64,000 nt of DNA from the human T2T-CHM13v2.0 reference genome, Homo sapiens. Every line of letters starts with the position of its first letter. The stretch's first letter is position 1. The DNA lies in NCBI RefSeq assembly GCF_009914755.1, contig NC_060925.1; one strand, written 5' to 3'. Below are positions 42,801-58,200 of this stretch, one piece after another. The notes under the pieces were generated by a model. That model saw nothing but the letters and a program-made list of their open reading frames with translations. It searched no databases and was not told the DNA's origin. A program made the position numbers and the translations under genes.

Positions 42801-45800
42801 TGGAATGGAATAATCCATGGACTCGAATGCAATCATCATCGAATGGAATCGAATGGAATCATTGAAAGGACTCGAATGGAATAACCATTGAACAGAATCG
42901 AATGGAATCATCATCGGATGGAAATGAATGGAATCATCATCGAATGGAATCGAATAGAATTATGGAATGAAATCCAGTGTGATCATCATCGAATGGACCC
43001 GAATGGAATCATCATCCAACGGAAGCTAATGGAATCAACATCGAATGAATCGAATGGAAACACCATCGAATTTAAACGAATGGAATTATCATGAAATTGA
43101 AATGGATGGACTCTTCATCGAATGGATTCGAATGGAATCATCGAATAAAATTGATTGAAATCATCATCGAATGGAATCGAATGGTATCATTGAATGGAAT
43201 CGAATGGAATCATCATCAGATGGAAATGAATGGAATCGTCATAGAATGGAATCGAATGGATTCATTGAATGGAATCAGATGGAATCATTGAATGGACTGG
43301 AATGGAATCATTGAATGGACTCGAAAGGGATCATTATTGAATGGAATTGAATGGAATCATCGAATGGTCTCGATTGGAATCATTATCAAATGGAATCGAA
43401 TGGAATCACCGAATAGAATCGAATGGAACAATCATCGAATGGACTCCAATGGAATTATCCTCAAATGGAATCGAATGGAATTATCGAATGCAATCGAATG
43501 GAATTCTCGAATGCAATCGAATAGAATCATCGAATGGACTCGAATGGAATCATCGAATGGAATGGAATGGAACAGTCAATGAACTCGAATGGAATCATCA
43601 TTGAATGGAATCGAATGGAATCATCGAGTGGAATCGAATGGAATTATGATCAAATGGAATCGAATGTAATCATCATCAAATGGAATCAAAAATAACCATC
43701 ATCAATTGGTATTGAATGGAATTGTCATCAAATGGAATTTAAAGGAATCATCATCAAATGGAACCGAATGGAATCCTCATTGAATGGAAATGAAAGGGGT
43801 CATCATCTAATGGAATCGCATGGAATCATCATCAAATGGAATCGAATGGAATCATCATCAAATGGAATCTAATGGAATCATTGAAAGAATTGAATGGAAT
43901 CATCATCGAATTAATTGAATGCAATCATCGAATGGTCTCGAATGGAATCATCTTCTAATGGAAAGGAATGGAATCATCGCATAGAATCGAATGGAATTAT
44001 CATCGAATGGAATCGAATGGTATCAACACCAAACGGAAAAAAACGGAATTATCGAATGGAATCGAAGAGAATCTTCGAACGGACCCGAATGGAATCATCT
44101 AATGGAATGGAATGGAATAATCCATGGACTCGAATGCAATCATCATCGAATGGAATCGAATGGAATCATCCAATGGACTCGAATGGAATAATCATTGAAC
44201 GGAATCGAATGGAATCATCATCGGATGGAAACGAATGGAATCATCATCGAATGGAAATGAAAGGAGTCATCATCTAATGGAATTGCATGGAATCATCATC
44301 AAATGGAATCGAATGGAATCAACATCAAATGGAATCAAATGGAATCATTGAACGGAATTGAATGGAATCGTCATCGAATGAATTGAATGCAATCATCGAA
44401 TGGTCTCGAATGGAATCATCTTCAAATGGAATGGAATGGAATCATCGCATAGAATCGAATGGAATTATCATCGAATGGAATCGAATGGAATCAACATCAA
44501 ACGGAAAAAAACGGAATTATCGAATGGAATCGAAGAGAATCATCGAATGGACCCGAATGGAATCATCTAATGGAATGGAATGGAATAATCCATGGACTCG
44601 AATGCAATCATCATCGAATGGAATCGAATGGAATCATCGAAAGGACTCGAATGGAATAACCATTGAACGGAATCGAATGGAATCATCATCGGATGGAAAT
44701 GAATGGAATCATCATCGAATGGAATCGAATAGAATTATGGAATGAAATCCAGTGTGATCATCATCGAATGGACCCGAATGGAATCATCATCCAACGGAAG
44801 CTAATGGAATCAACATCGAATGAATCGAATGGAAACACCATCGAATTGAAACGAATGGAATTATCATGAAATTGAAATGGATGGACTCATCATCGAATGG
44901 ATTCGAGTGGAATCATCGAATAAAATTGATTGAAATCATCATCGAATGGAATCGAATGGTATCATTGAATGGAATCGAATGGAATCATCATCAGATGGAA
45001 ATGAATGGAATCGTCATAGAATGGAATCGAATGGATTCATTGAATGGAATCAGATGGAATCATTGAATGGACTGGAATGGAATCATTGAATGGACTCGAA
45101 AGGGATCATTATTGAATGGAATTGAATGGAATCATCGAATGGTCTCGATTGGAATCATTATCAAATGGAATCGAATGGAATCACCGAATAGAATCGAATG
45201 GAACAATCATCGAATGGACTCCAATGGAATTATCCTCAAATGGAATCGAATGGAATTATCGAATGCAATCGAATGGAATTCTCGAATGCAATCGAATAGA
45301 ATCATCGAATGGACTCGAATGGAATCATCGAATGGAATGGAATGGAACAGTCAATGAACTCGAATGGAATCATCATTGAATGGAATCGAATGGAATCATC
45401 GAGTGGAATCGAATGGAATTATGATCAAATGGAATCGAATGTAATCATCATCAAATGGAATCAAAAATAACCATCATCAATTGGTATTGAATGGAATTGT
45501 CATCAAATGGAATTTAAAGGAATCATCATCAAATGGAACCGAATGGAATCCTCATTGAATGGAAATGAAAGGGGTCATCATCTAATGGAATCGCATGGAA
45601 TCATCATCAAATGGAATCGAATGGAATCATCATCAAATGGAATCTAATGGAATCATTGAAAGAATTGAATGGAATCATCATCGAATTAATTGAATGCAAT
45701 CATCGAATGGTCTCGAATGGAATCATCTTCTAATGGAAAGGAATGGAATCATCGCATAGAATCGAATGGAATTATCATCGAATGGAATCGAATGGTATCA

Positions 45801-48800
45801 ACACCAAACGGAAAAAAACGGAATTATCGAATGGAATCGAAGAGAATCTTCGAACGGACCCGAATGGAATCATCTAATGGAATGGAATGGAATAATCCAT
45901 GGACTCGAATGCAATCATCATCGAATGGAATCGAATGGAATCATCCAATGGACTCGAATGGAATAATCATTGAACGGAATCGAATGGAATCATCATCGGA
46001 TGGAAACGAATGGAATCATCATCGAATGGAAATGAAAGGAGTCATCATCTAATGGAATTGCATGGAATCATCATCAAATGGAATCGAATGGAATCAACAT
46101 CAAATGGAATCAAATGGAATCATTGAACGGAATTGAATGGAATCGTCATCGAATGAATTGAATGCAATCATCGAATGGTGTCGAATGGAATCATCTTCAA
46201 ATGGAATGGAATGGAATCATCGCATAGAATCGAATGGAATTATCATCGAATGGAATCGAATGGAATCAACATCAAACGGAAAAAAACGGAATTATCGAAT
46301 GGAATCGAAGAGAATCATCGAATGGACCCGAATGGAATCATCTAATGGAATGGAATGGAATAATCCATGGACTCGAATGCAATCATCATCGAATGCAATC
46401 GAATGGAATCATCGAATGGACTCGAATGGAATAATCATTGAACGGAATCGAATGGAATCATCATCGGATGGAAACGAATGGAATCATCATCGAATGGAAT
46501 CGAATAGAATTATGGAATGAAATCCAGTGTGATCATCATCGAATGGACCCGAATGGAATCATCATCCAACGGAAGCTAATGGAATCAACATCGAATGAAT
46601 CGAAAGGAAACACCATCGAATTGAAACGAATGGAATTACCATGAAATTGAAATGGATGGACTCATCATCAAATGGATTCGAGTGGAATCATCGAATAAAA
46701 TTGATTGAAATCATCATCGAATGGTATCGAATGGTATCATTGAATGGAATCGAATGGAATCATCATCAGATGGAAATGAATGGAATCGTCATAGAATGGG
46801 ATCGAATGGATTCATTGAATGGAATCAGATGGAATCATTGAATGGACTGGAATGGAATCATTGAATGGACTCGAAAGGGATCATTATTGAATGGAATTGA
46901 ATGGAATCATCGAATGGTCTCGATAGGAATCATTATCAAATGGAATCGAATGGAATCACCGAATAGAATCGAATGGAACAATCATCGAATGGACTCAAAT
47001 GGAATTATCCTCTAATGGAATCGAATGGAATTATCGAATGTAATCGAATGGAATTATCGAATGCAATCGAATAGAATCATCGAATGGACTCGAATGGAAT
47101 CATCGAATGGAATGGAATGGAACAGTCAATGAACTCGAATGGAATCATCATTGAATGGAATCGAATGGAATCATCGAGTGGAATCGAATGTAATCATCAT
47201 CAAATGGAATCAAAAATAACCATCATCAAATGGAATCAAAAATAACCATCATCAATTGGTGTTGAATGGAATTCTCATCAAATGGAATTCAAAGAAATCA
47301 TCATCAAATGGAACCGAATGGAATCCTCATTGAATGGAAATGAAAGGGGTCATCATCTAATGGAATCGCATGGAATCATCATAAAATGGAATCGAATGGA
47401 ATCAACATCAAATGGAATCAAATGGAATCATTGATCGGAATTGAATGGAATCGTCATCGAAAGAATTGAATGCAATCATCGAATGGTCTCGAATGGAATC
47501 ATCTTCAAATGGAATGGAATGGAATCATCGCATAGAATCGAAAGGAATTATCATCGAATGGAATCGAATGGAATCAACACCAAACGGAAAAAAACGGAAT
47601 TATCGAATGGAATCGAAGAGAATCATCGAATGGACCCGAATGGAATCATCTAATGGAATGGAATGGAATAATCCATGGACTCGAATGCAATCATCATCGA
47701 ATGCAATCGAATGGAATCATCGAATGGACTCGAATGGAATAATCATTGAACGGAATCGAATGGAATCATCATCGGATGGAAACGAATGGAATCATCATCG
47801 AATGGAATCGAATAGAATTATGGAATGAAATCCAGTGTGATCATCATCGAATGGACCCGAATGGAATCATCATCCAACGGAAGCTAATGGAATCAACATC
47901 GAATGAATCGAAAGGAAACACCATCGAATTGAAACGAATGGAATTACCATGAAATTGAAATGGATGGACTCATCATCAAATGGATTCGTATGGAATCATC
48001 GAATAAAATTGATTGAAATCATCATCGAATGGAATCGAATGGTATCATTGAATGGAATCGAATGGAATCATCATCAGATGGAAATGAATGGAATCGTCAT
48101 AGAATGGGATCGAATGGATTCATTGAATGGAATCAGATGGAATCATTGAATGGACTGGAATGGAATCATTGAATGGACTCGAAAGGGATCATTATTGAAT
48201 GGAATTGAATGGAATCATCGAATGGTCTCGATAGGAATCATTATCAAATGGAATCGAATGGAATCACCGAATAGAATCGAATGGAACAATCATCGAATGG
48301 ACTCAAATGGAATTATCCTCTAATGGAATCGAATGGAATTATCGAATGTAATCGAATGGAATTATCGAATGCAATCGAATAGAATCATCGAATGGACTCG
48401 AATGGAATCATCGAATGGAATGGAATGGAACAGTCAATGAACTCGAATGGAATCATCATTGAATGGAATCGAATGGAATCATCGAGTGGAATCGAATGGA
48501 ATTATGATCAAATGGAATCGAATGTAATCATCATCAAATGGAATCAAAAATAACCATCATCAATTGGTATTGAATGGAAATGTCATCAAATGGAATTCAA
48601 AGGAATCATCATCAAATGGAACTGAATGGAATCCTCATTGAATGGAAATGAAAGGGGTCATCATCTAATGGAATCGCATGGAATCATCATCAAATGGAAT
48701 CGAATGGAATCATCATCAAATGGAATCTGATGGAATCATTGAACAGAATTGAATGGAATCGTCATCGAATGAATTGAATGCAATCATCGAATGGTCTCGA

Positions 48801-51800
48801 ATGTAATCACATTCTAATGGAAAGGAATGGAATCATCGCATAGAATCGAATGGAATTAACATTGAATGGACTCGAATGGAATCAACATCAAACGGAATCA
48901 AGCGGAATTATCGAATGGAATCGAAGAGAATCATCGAATGGTCTCGAATGGAATCATCTTCTAATGGAAAGGAATGGAATCATCGCATAGAATCGAATGG
49001 AATTAACATTGAATGGACTCGAATGGAATCAACATCAAATGGAATCAAGCGGAATTATCGAATGAAATCGAAGAGAATCATCGAATGGACTCGAATGGAA
49101 TCATCTAATGGAATGGAATGGAATAATCCACGGACTCGAATGCAATAATCATCGTTTAGTATCGAATGGAATCATCGAAAGGACTCGAATGGAATAACCA
49201 TTGAACGGAATCGAATGGAATCATCATCGGATGGAAACGAATGGAATCATCATCGAATGGAAATGAAAGGAGTCATCATCTAATGGAATTGCATGGAATC
49301 ATCATAAAATGGAATCGAATGGAATCATCATCAAATGGAATCAAATGGAATCATTGAACGGAATTGAATGGAATCGTCATCGAATGAATTGAATGCAATC
49401 ATCGAATGGTCTCGAATGGAATCATCTTCAAATGGAATGGAATGGAATCATCGCATAGAATCGAATGGAATTATCATCGAATGGAATCGAATGGTATCAA
49501 CATCAAACGGAAAAAAACGGAATTATCGAATGGAATCAAAGAGAATCTTCGAACGGACCCGAATGGAATCATCTAATGGAATGGAATGGAATAATCCATG
49601 GACCCGAATGCAATCATCATCGAATGGAATCGAATGGAATCATTGAAAGGACTCGAATGGAATAACCATTGAACGGAATCGAATGGAATCATCATCGGAT
49701 GGAAATGAATGGAATCATCATCGAATGGAATCGAATAGAATTAAGGAATGAAATCCAGTGTGATCATCATCGAATGGACCCGAATGGAGTCATCATCCAA
49801 CGGAAGCTAATGGAATCAACATCGAATGAATCGAATGGAAACACCATCGAATTGAAACGAATGGAATACCATGAAATTGAAATGGATGGACTCATCATCG
49901 AATGGATTCGAATGGAATCATCGAATAAAATTGATTGAAATCATCATCGAATGGAATCGAATGGTATCATTGAATGGAATCGAATGGAATCATCATCAGA
50001 TGGAAATGAATGGAATCGTCATAGAATGGAATCGAATGGATTCATTGAATGGAATCAGATGGAATCATCGAATGGACTGGAATGGAATCATTGAATGGAC
50101 TCGAAAGGGATCATTATTGAATGGAATTGAATGGAATCATCGAATGGTCTCGATTGGAATCATTATCAAATGGAATCGAATGGAATCACCGAATAGAATC
50201 GAATGGAACAATCATCGAATGGACTCAAATGGAATTATCCTCAAATGGAATCGAATGGAAATATCGAATGGAATTATCGAATGCAATCGAATGGAATTAT
50301 CGAATGCAATCGAATAGAATCATCGAATGGACTCGAATGGAATCATCGAATGGAATGGAATGGAATGGAACAGTCAATGAACTCGAATGGAATCATCATT
50401 GAATGGAAACGAATGGAATCATCGAGTGGAATCGAATGGAATTATGATCAAATGGAATCGAATGTAATCATCATCAAATGGAATCAAAAATAACCATCAT
50501 CAATTGGTATTGAATGGAATTGTCATCAAATGGAATTTAAAGGAATCATCATCAAATGGAACCGAATGGAATCCTCATTGAATGGAAATGAAAGGGGTCA
50601 TCATCTAATGGAATCGCATGGAATCATCATCAAATGGAATCGAATGGAATCATCATCAAATGGAATCCAATGGAATCATTGAAAGAATTGAATGGAATGG
50701 TCATCGAATGAATTGAATGCAATCATCGAATGGTCTCGAATGGAATCATCTTCTAATGGAAAGGAATGGAATCATCGCATAGAATCGAATGGAATTATCA
50801 TCGAATGGAATCGAATGGTATCAACACCAAACGGAAAAAAACGGAATTATCGAATGGAATCGAAGAGAATCTTCGAACGGACCCGAATGGAATCATCTAA
50901 TGGAATGGAATGGAATAATCCATGGACTCGAATGCAATCATCATCGAATGGAATCGAATGGAATCATCGAATGGACTCGAATGGAATAATCATTGAACGG
51001 AATCGAATGGAATCATCATCGGATGGAAACGAATGGAATCATCATCGAATGGAAATGAAAGGAGTCATCATCTAATGGAATTGCATGGAATCATCATCAA
51101 ATGGAATCGAATGGAATCAACATCAAATGGAATCAAATGGAATCATTGAACGGAATTGAATGGAATCGTCATCGAATGAATTGAATGCAATCATCGAATG
51201 GTCTCGAAAGGAATCATCTTCAAATGGAATGGAATGGAATCATCGCATAGAATCGAATGGAATTATCATCGAATGGAATCGAATGGAATCAACATCAAAC
51301 GGAAAAAAACGGAATTATCGAATGGAATCGAAGAGAATCATCGAATGGACCCGAATGGAATCATCTAATGGAATGGAATGGAATAATCCATGGACTCGAA
51401 TGCAATCATCATCGAATGGAATCGAATGGAATCATCGAATGGACTCGAATGGAATAATCATGGAACGGAATCGAATGGAATCATCATCGGATGGAAATGA
51501 ATGGAATCATCATCGAATGGAATCGAATAGAATTATGGAATGAAATCCAGTGTGATCATCATCGAATGGACCCGAATGGAATCATCATCCAACGGAAGCT
51601 AATGGAATCAACATCGAATGAATCGAATGGAAACACCATCGAATTGAAACGAATGGATTTACCATGAAATTGAAATGGATGGACTCATCATCGAATGGAT
51701 TCGAGTGGAATCATCGAATAAAATTGATTGAAATCATCATCGAATGTTATCGAATGGTATCATTGAATGGAATCGAATGGAATCATCATCAGATGGAAAT

Positions 51801-54800
51801 GAAAGGAATCGTCATAGAATGGAATCGAATGGATTCATTGAATGGAATCAGATGGAATCTTCGAATGGACTGGAATGGAATCATTGAATGGACTCGAAAG
51901 GGATCATTATTGAATGGAATTGAATGGAATCATCGAATGGTCTCGATTGGAATCATTATCAAATGGAATCGAATGGAATCACCGAATAGAATCGAATGGA
52001 ACAATCATCGAATGGACTCCAATGGAATTATCCTCAAATGGAATCGAATGGAATTATCGAATGCAATCGAATGGAATTCTCGAATGCAATCGAATAGAAT
52101 CATCGAATGGACTCGAATGGAATCATTGAATGGAATGGAATGGAACAGTCAATGAACTCGAATGGAATCATCATTGAATGGAATCGAATGGAATCATCGA
52201 GGGGAATCGAATGGAATTATGATCAAATGGAATCGAATGTAATCATCATCAAATGGAATCAAAAATAACCATCATCAATTGGTATTGAATGGAATTGTCA
52301 TCAAACGGAATTTAAAGGAATCATCATCAAATGGAACCGAATGGAATCCTCATTGAATGGAAATGAAAGGGGTCATCATCTAATGGAATCGCATGGAATC
52401 ATCATCAAATGGAATCGAATGGAATCATCATCAAATGGAATCTAATGGAATCATTGAAAGAATTGAATGGAATCATCATCGAATTAATTGAATGCAATCA
52501 TCGAATGGTCTCGAATGGAATCATCTTCTAATGGAAAGGAATGGAATCATCGCATAGAATCGAATGGAATTATCATCGAATGGAATCGAATGGTATCAAC
52601 ACCAAACGGAAAAAAACGGAATTATCGAATGGAATCGAAGAGAATCTTCGAACGGACCCGAATGGAATCATCTAATGGAATGGAATGGAATAATCCATGG
52701 ACTCGAATGCAATCATCATCGAATGGAATCGAATGGAATCATCCAATGGACTCGAATGGAATAATCATTGAACGGAATCGAATGGAATCATCATCGGATG
52801 GAAACGAATGGAATCATCATCGAATGGAAATGAAAGGAGTCATCATCTAATGGAATTGCATGGAATCATCATCAAATGGAATCGAATGGAATCAACATCA
52901 AATGGAATCAAATGGAATCATTGAACGGAATTGAATGGAATCGTCATCGAATGAATTAAATGCAATCATCGAATGGTGTCGAATGGAATCATCTTCAAAT
53001 GGAATGGAATGGAATCATCGCATAGAATCGAATGGAATTATCATCGAATGGAATCGAATGGAATCAACATCAAACGGAAAAAAACGGAATTATCGAATGG
53101 AATCGAAGAGAATCATCGAATGGACCCGAATGGAATCATCTAATGGAATGGAATGGAATAATCCATGGACTCGAATGCAATCATCATCGAATGGAATCCA
53201 ATGGAATCATCGAATGGACTCGAATGGAATAATCATTGAACGGAATCGAATGGAATCATCATCGGATGGAAATGAATGGAATCATCATCGAATGGAATCG
53301 AATAGAATTATGGAATGAAATCCAGTGTGATCATCATCGAATGGACCCGAATGGAATCATCATCCAACGGAAGCTAATGGAATCAACATCGAATGAATCA
53401 AATGGAAACACCATCGAATTGAAACGAATGGATTTACCATGAAATTGAAATGGATGGACTCATCATCAAATGGATTCGAGTGGAATCATCGAATAAAATT
53501 GATTGAAATCATCATCGAATGTTATCGAATGGTATCATTGAATGGAATCGAATGGAATCATCATCAGATGGAAATGAAAGGAATCGTCATAGAATGGAAT
53601 CGAATGGATTCATTGAATGGAATCAGATGGAATCTTCGAATGGACTGGAATGGAATCATTGAATGGATTCGAAAGGGATCATTATTGAATGGAATTGAAT
53701 GGAATCATCGAATGGTCTCGATTGGAATCATTATCAAATGGAATCGAATGGAATCACCGAATAGAATCGAATGGAACAATCATCAAATGTACTCAAATGG
53801 AATTATCCTCAAATGGAATTGAATGGAATTATCGAATGCAATCGAATGGAATTATCGAATGCAATCGAATAGAATCATCGAATGGACTCGAATGGAATCA
53901 TCGAATGGAATGGAATGGAACAGTCAATGAACTCGAATGGAATCATCATTGAATGGAATCGAATGGAATCATCGAGTGGAATCGAATGTAATCATCATCA
54001 AATGGAATCAAAAATAACCATCATCAAATGGAATCAAAAATAACCATCATCAATTGGTGTTGAATGGAATTCTCATCAAATGGAATTCAAAGAAATCATC
54101 ATCAAATGGAACCGAATGGAATCCTCATTGAATGGAAATGAAAGGGGTCATCATCTAATGGAATCGCATGGAATCATCATAAAATGGAATCGAATGGAAT
54201 CAACATCAAATGGAATCAAATGGAATCATTGAACGGAATTGAATGGAATCGTCATCGAAAGAATTGAATGCAATCATCGAATGGTCTCGAATGGAATCAT
54301 CTTCAAATGGAATGGAATGGAATCATCGCATAGAATCGAAAGGAATTATCATCGAATGGAATCGAATGGAATCAACACCAAACGGAAAAAAACGGAATTA
54401 TCGAATGGAATCGAAGAGAATCATCGAATGGACCCGAATGGAATCATCTAATGGAATGGAATGGAATAATCCATGGACTCGAATGCAATCATCATCGAAT
54501 GCAATCGAATGGAATCATCGAATGGACTCGAATGGAATAATCATTGAACGGAATCGAATGGAATCATCATCGGATGGAAACGAATGGAATCATCATCGAA
54601 TGGAATCGAATAGAATTATGGAATGAAATCCAGTGTGATCATCATCGAATGGACCCGAATGGAATCATCATCCAACGGAAGCTAATGGAATCAACATCGA
54701 ATGAATCGAAAGGAAACACCATCGAATTGAAACGAATGGAATTACCATGAAATTGAAATGGATGGACTCATCATCAAATGGATTCGTATGGAATCATCGA

Positions 54801-55250
54801 ATAAAATTGATTGAAATCATCATCGAATGGAATCGAATGGTATCATTGAATGGAATCGAATGGAATCATCATCAGATGGAAATGAATGGAATCGTCATAG
54901 AATGGGATCGAATGGATTCATTGAATGGAATCAGATGGAATCATTGAATGGACTGGAATGGAATCATTGAATGGACTCGAAAGGGATCATTATTGAATGG
55001 AATTGAATGGAATCATCGAATGGTCTCGATAGGAATCATTATCAAATGGAATCGAATGGAATCACCGAATAGAATCGAATGGAACAATCATCGAATGGAC
55101 TCAAATGGAATTATCCTCTAATGGAATCGAATGGAATTATCGAATGTAATCGAATGGAATTCTCGAATGCAATCGAATAGAATCATCGAATGGACTCGAA
55201 TGGAATCATCGAATGGAATGGAATGGAACAGTCAATGAACTCGAATGGAA
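39900..55250 (+). repeat. Tandem higher-order duplication (~8.57-kb copy followed by ~6.80-kb copy lacking one 1775-bp unit)
   Basis: Offsets 40307/48876 and 40799/49368 = 8569; 42119/50692 = 8573; then 45690/52488, 46137/52935, 47445/54243 and 47949/54747 = 6798 (= 8573-1775). Shared variants: GGAAATGTCATC, CATCGTTTAGTATC, GAATTAAGGAAT, a 13-bp insertion, GGAATGGTCATC, GGTGTCG, TTCAAAGAAATC and GATTCGTATGG. Confidence 0.88.
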
Positions 55251-55299
55251 TCATCATTGAATGGAATCGAATGGAATCATCGAGTGGAATCGAAAGGAA

Positions 55300-58200
55300 T
55301 TATGACCAAATGGAATCGAATGTAATCATCATCAAATGGAATCAAAAATAACCATCATCAATTGGTATTGAATGGAATTGTCATCAAATGGAATTCAAAG
55401 GAATCATCATCAAATGGAACCGAATGGAATCCTCATTGAATGGAAATGAAAGGGGTCATCATCTAATGGAATCGCATGGAATCATCATCAAATGGAATCG
55501 AATGGAATCATCATCAAATGGAATCTAATGGAAACATTGAAAAGAATTGAATGGAATCGTCATCGAATGAATTGAATGCAATCATCGAATGGTCTCGAAT
55601 GGAATCATCTTCTAATGAAAAGGAATGGAATCATCGCATAGAATCGAATGGAATTATCATCGAATGGAATCGAATGGTATCAACACCAAACGGAAAAAAA
55701 CGGAATTATCGAATGGAATCGAAGAGAATCTTCGAACGGACCCGAATGGAATCATCTAATGGAATGGAATGGAATAATCCATGGACTCGAATGCAATCAT
55801 CATCGAATGGAATCGAATGGAATCATCGAATGGACTCGAATGGAATAATCATTGAACGGAATCGAATGGAATCATCATCGGATGGAAACGAATGGAATCA
55901 TCATCGAATGGAAATGAAAGGAGTCATCATCTAATGGAATTGCATGGAATCATCATCAAATGGAATCGAATGGAATCAACATCAAATGGAATCAAATGGA
56001 ATCATTGAACGGAATTGAATGGAATCGTCATCGAATGAATTGAATGCAATCATCGAATGGTCTCGAATGGAATCATCTTCAAATGGAATGGAATGGAATC
56101 ATCGCATACAATCGAATGGAATTATCATCGAATGGAATCGAATGGAATCAACATCAAACGGAAAAAAACGGAATTATCGAATGGAATCGAAGAGAATCAT
56201 CGAATGGACCCGAATGGAATCATCTAATGGAATGGAATGGAATAATCCATGGACTCGAATGCAATCATCATCGAATGGAATCGAATGGAATCATCGAATG
56301 GACTCGAATGGAATAATCATTGAACGGAATCGAATGGAATCATCATCGGATGGAAATGAATGGAATCATCATCGAATGGAATCGAATAGAATTATGGAAT
56401 GAAATCCAGTGTGATCATCATCGAATGGACCCGAATGGAATCATCATCCAACGTAAGCTAATGGAATCAACATCGAATGAATCGAATGGAAACACCATCG
56501 AATTGAAACGAATGGAATTACCATGAAATTGAAATGGATGGACTCATCATCGAATGGATTCGAATGGAATCATCGAATAAAATTGATTGAAATCATCATC
56601 GAATGGTATCGAATGGTATCATTGAATGGAATCGAATGGAATCATCCTCAGATGGAAATGAATGGAATCGTCATAGAATGGAATCGAATGGATTCATTGA
56701 ATGGAATCAGATGGAATCATCGAATGGACTGGAATGGAATCATTGAATGGACTCGAAAGGGATCATGATTGAATGGAATTGAATGGAATCATCGAATGGT
56801 CCCGATGGAATCATTATCAAATGGAATCGAATGGAATCACCGAATAGAATCGAATGGAACAATCATCGAATGGACTCAAATGGAATTATCCTCACATGGA
56901 ATCGAATGGAATTATCGAATGCAATCGAATGGAATTATCGAATGCAATCGAATAGAATCATCGAATGGACTCGAATGGAATCATCGAATGGAATGGAATG
57001 GAACAGTCAATGAACTCGAATGGAATCATCATTGAATGGAATCGAATGGAATCATCGAGTGGAATCGAATGGAATTATGATCAAATGGAATCGAATTTAA
57101 TCATCATCAAATGGAATCAAAAATAACCATCATCAATTGGTATTGAATGGAATTCTCATCAAATGGAATTCAAAGGAATCATCATCAAATGGAACTGAAT
57201 GGAATCCTCATTGAATGGAAATGAAAGGGGTCATCATCTAATGGAATCGCATGGAATCATCATCAAATGGAATCGAATGGAATCATCATCAAATGGAATC
57301 TGATGGAATCATTGAACAGAATTGAATGGAATCGTCATCGAATGAATTGAATTCAATCATCGAATGGTCTCGAATGTAATCACATTCTAATGGAAAGGAA
57401 TGGAATCATCGCATAGAATCGAATGGAATTAACATTGAATGGACTCGAATGGAATCAACATCAAACGGAATCAAGCGGAATTATCGAATGGAATCGAAGA
57501 GAATCATCGAATGGTCTCGAATGGAATCATCTTCTAATGGAAAGGAATGGAATCATCTCATAGAATCGAATGGAATTAACATTGAATGGACTCGAATGGA
57601 ATCAACATCAAATGCAATCAAGCGGAATTGTCGAATGAAATCGAAGAGAATCATCGAATGGACTCGAATGGAATCATCTAATGGAATGGAATGGAATAAT
57701 CCACGGACTCGAATGCAATCATCATCGTATAGAATCGAATGGAATGATCGAAAGGACTCGAATGGAATAACCATTGAACGGAATCGAATGGAATCATCAT
57801 CGGATGGAAACGAATGGAATCATCATCGAATGGAAATGAAAGGAGTCATCATCTAATGGAATTGCATGGAATCATCATCAAATGGAATCGAATGGAATCA
57901 TCATCAAATGGAATCAAATGGAATCATTGAACGGAATTGAATGGAATTGTCATCGAATGAATTGACTGCAATCATCCAATGGTCTCGAATGGAATCATCT
58001 TCAAATGGAATGGAATGGAATCATCGCATAGAATCGAATGGAATTATCATCGAATGGAATCGAATGGTATCAACATCAAACGGAAAAAAACGGAATTATC
58101 GAATGGAATCGAAGAGAATCTTCGAACGGACCCGAATGGAATCATCTAATGGAATGGAATGGAATAATCCATGGACTCGAATGCAATCATCATCGAATGG

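Noticed and set aside
57553-57774. The only minus-strand ORFs (73 aa; copy at 62145-62366)
   Set aside because: These arise from chance loss of stops in one variant module and were duplicated with the 4592-bp repeat. The sequence is low-complexity (IPFDS/FHSI).
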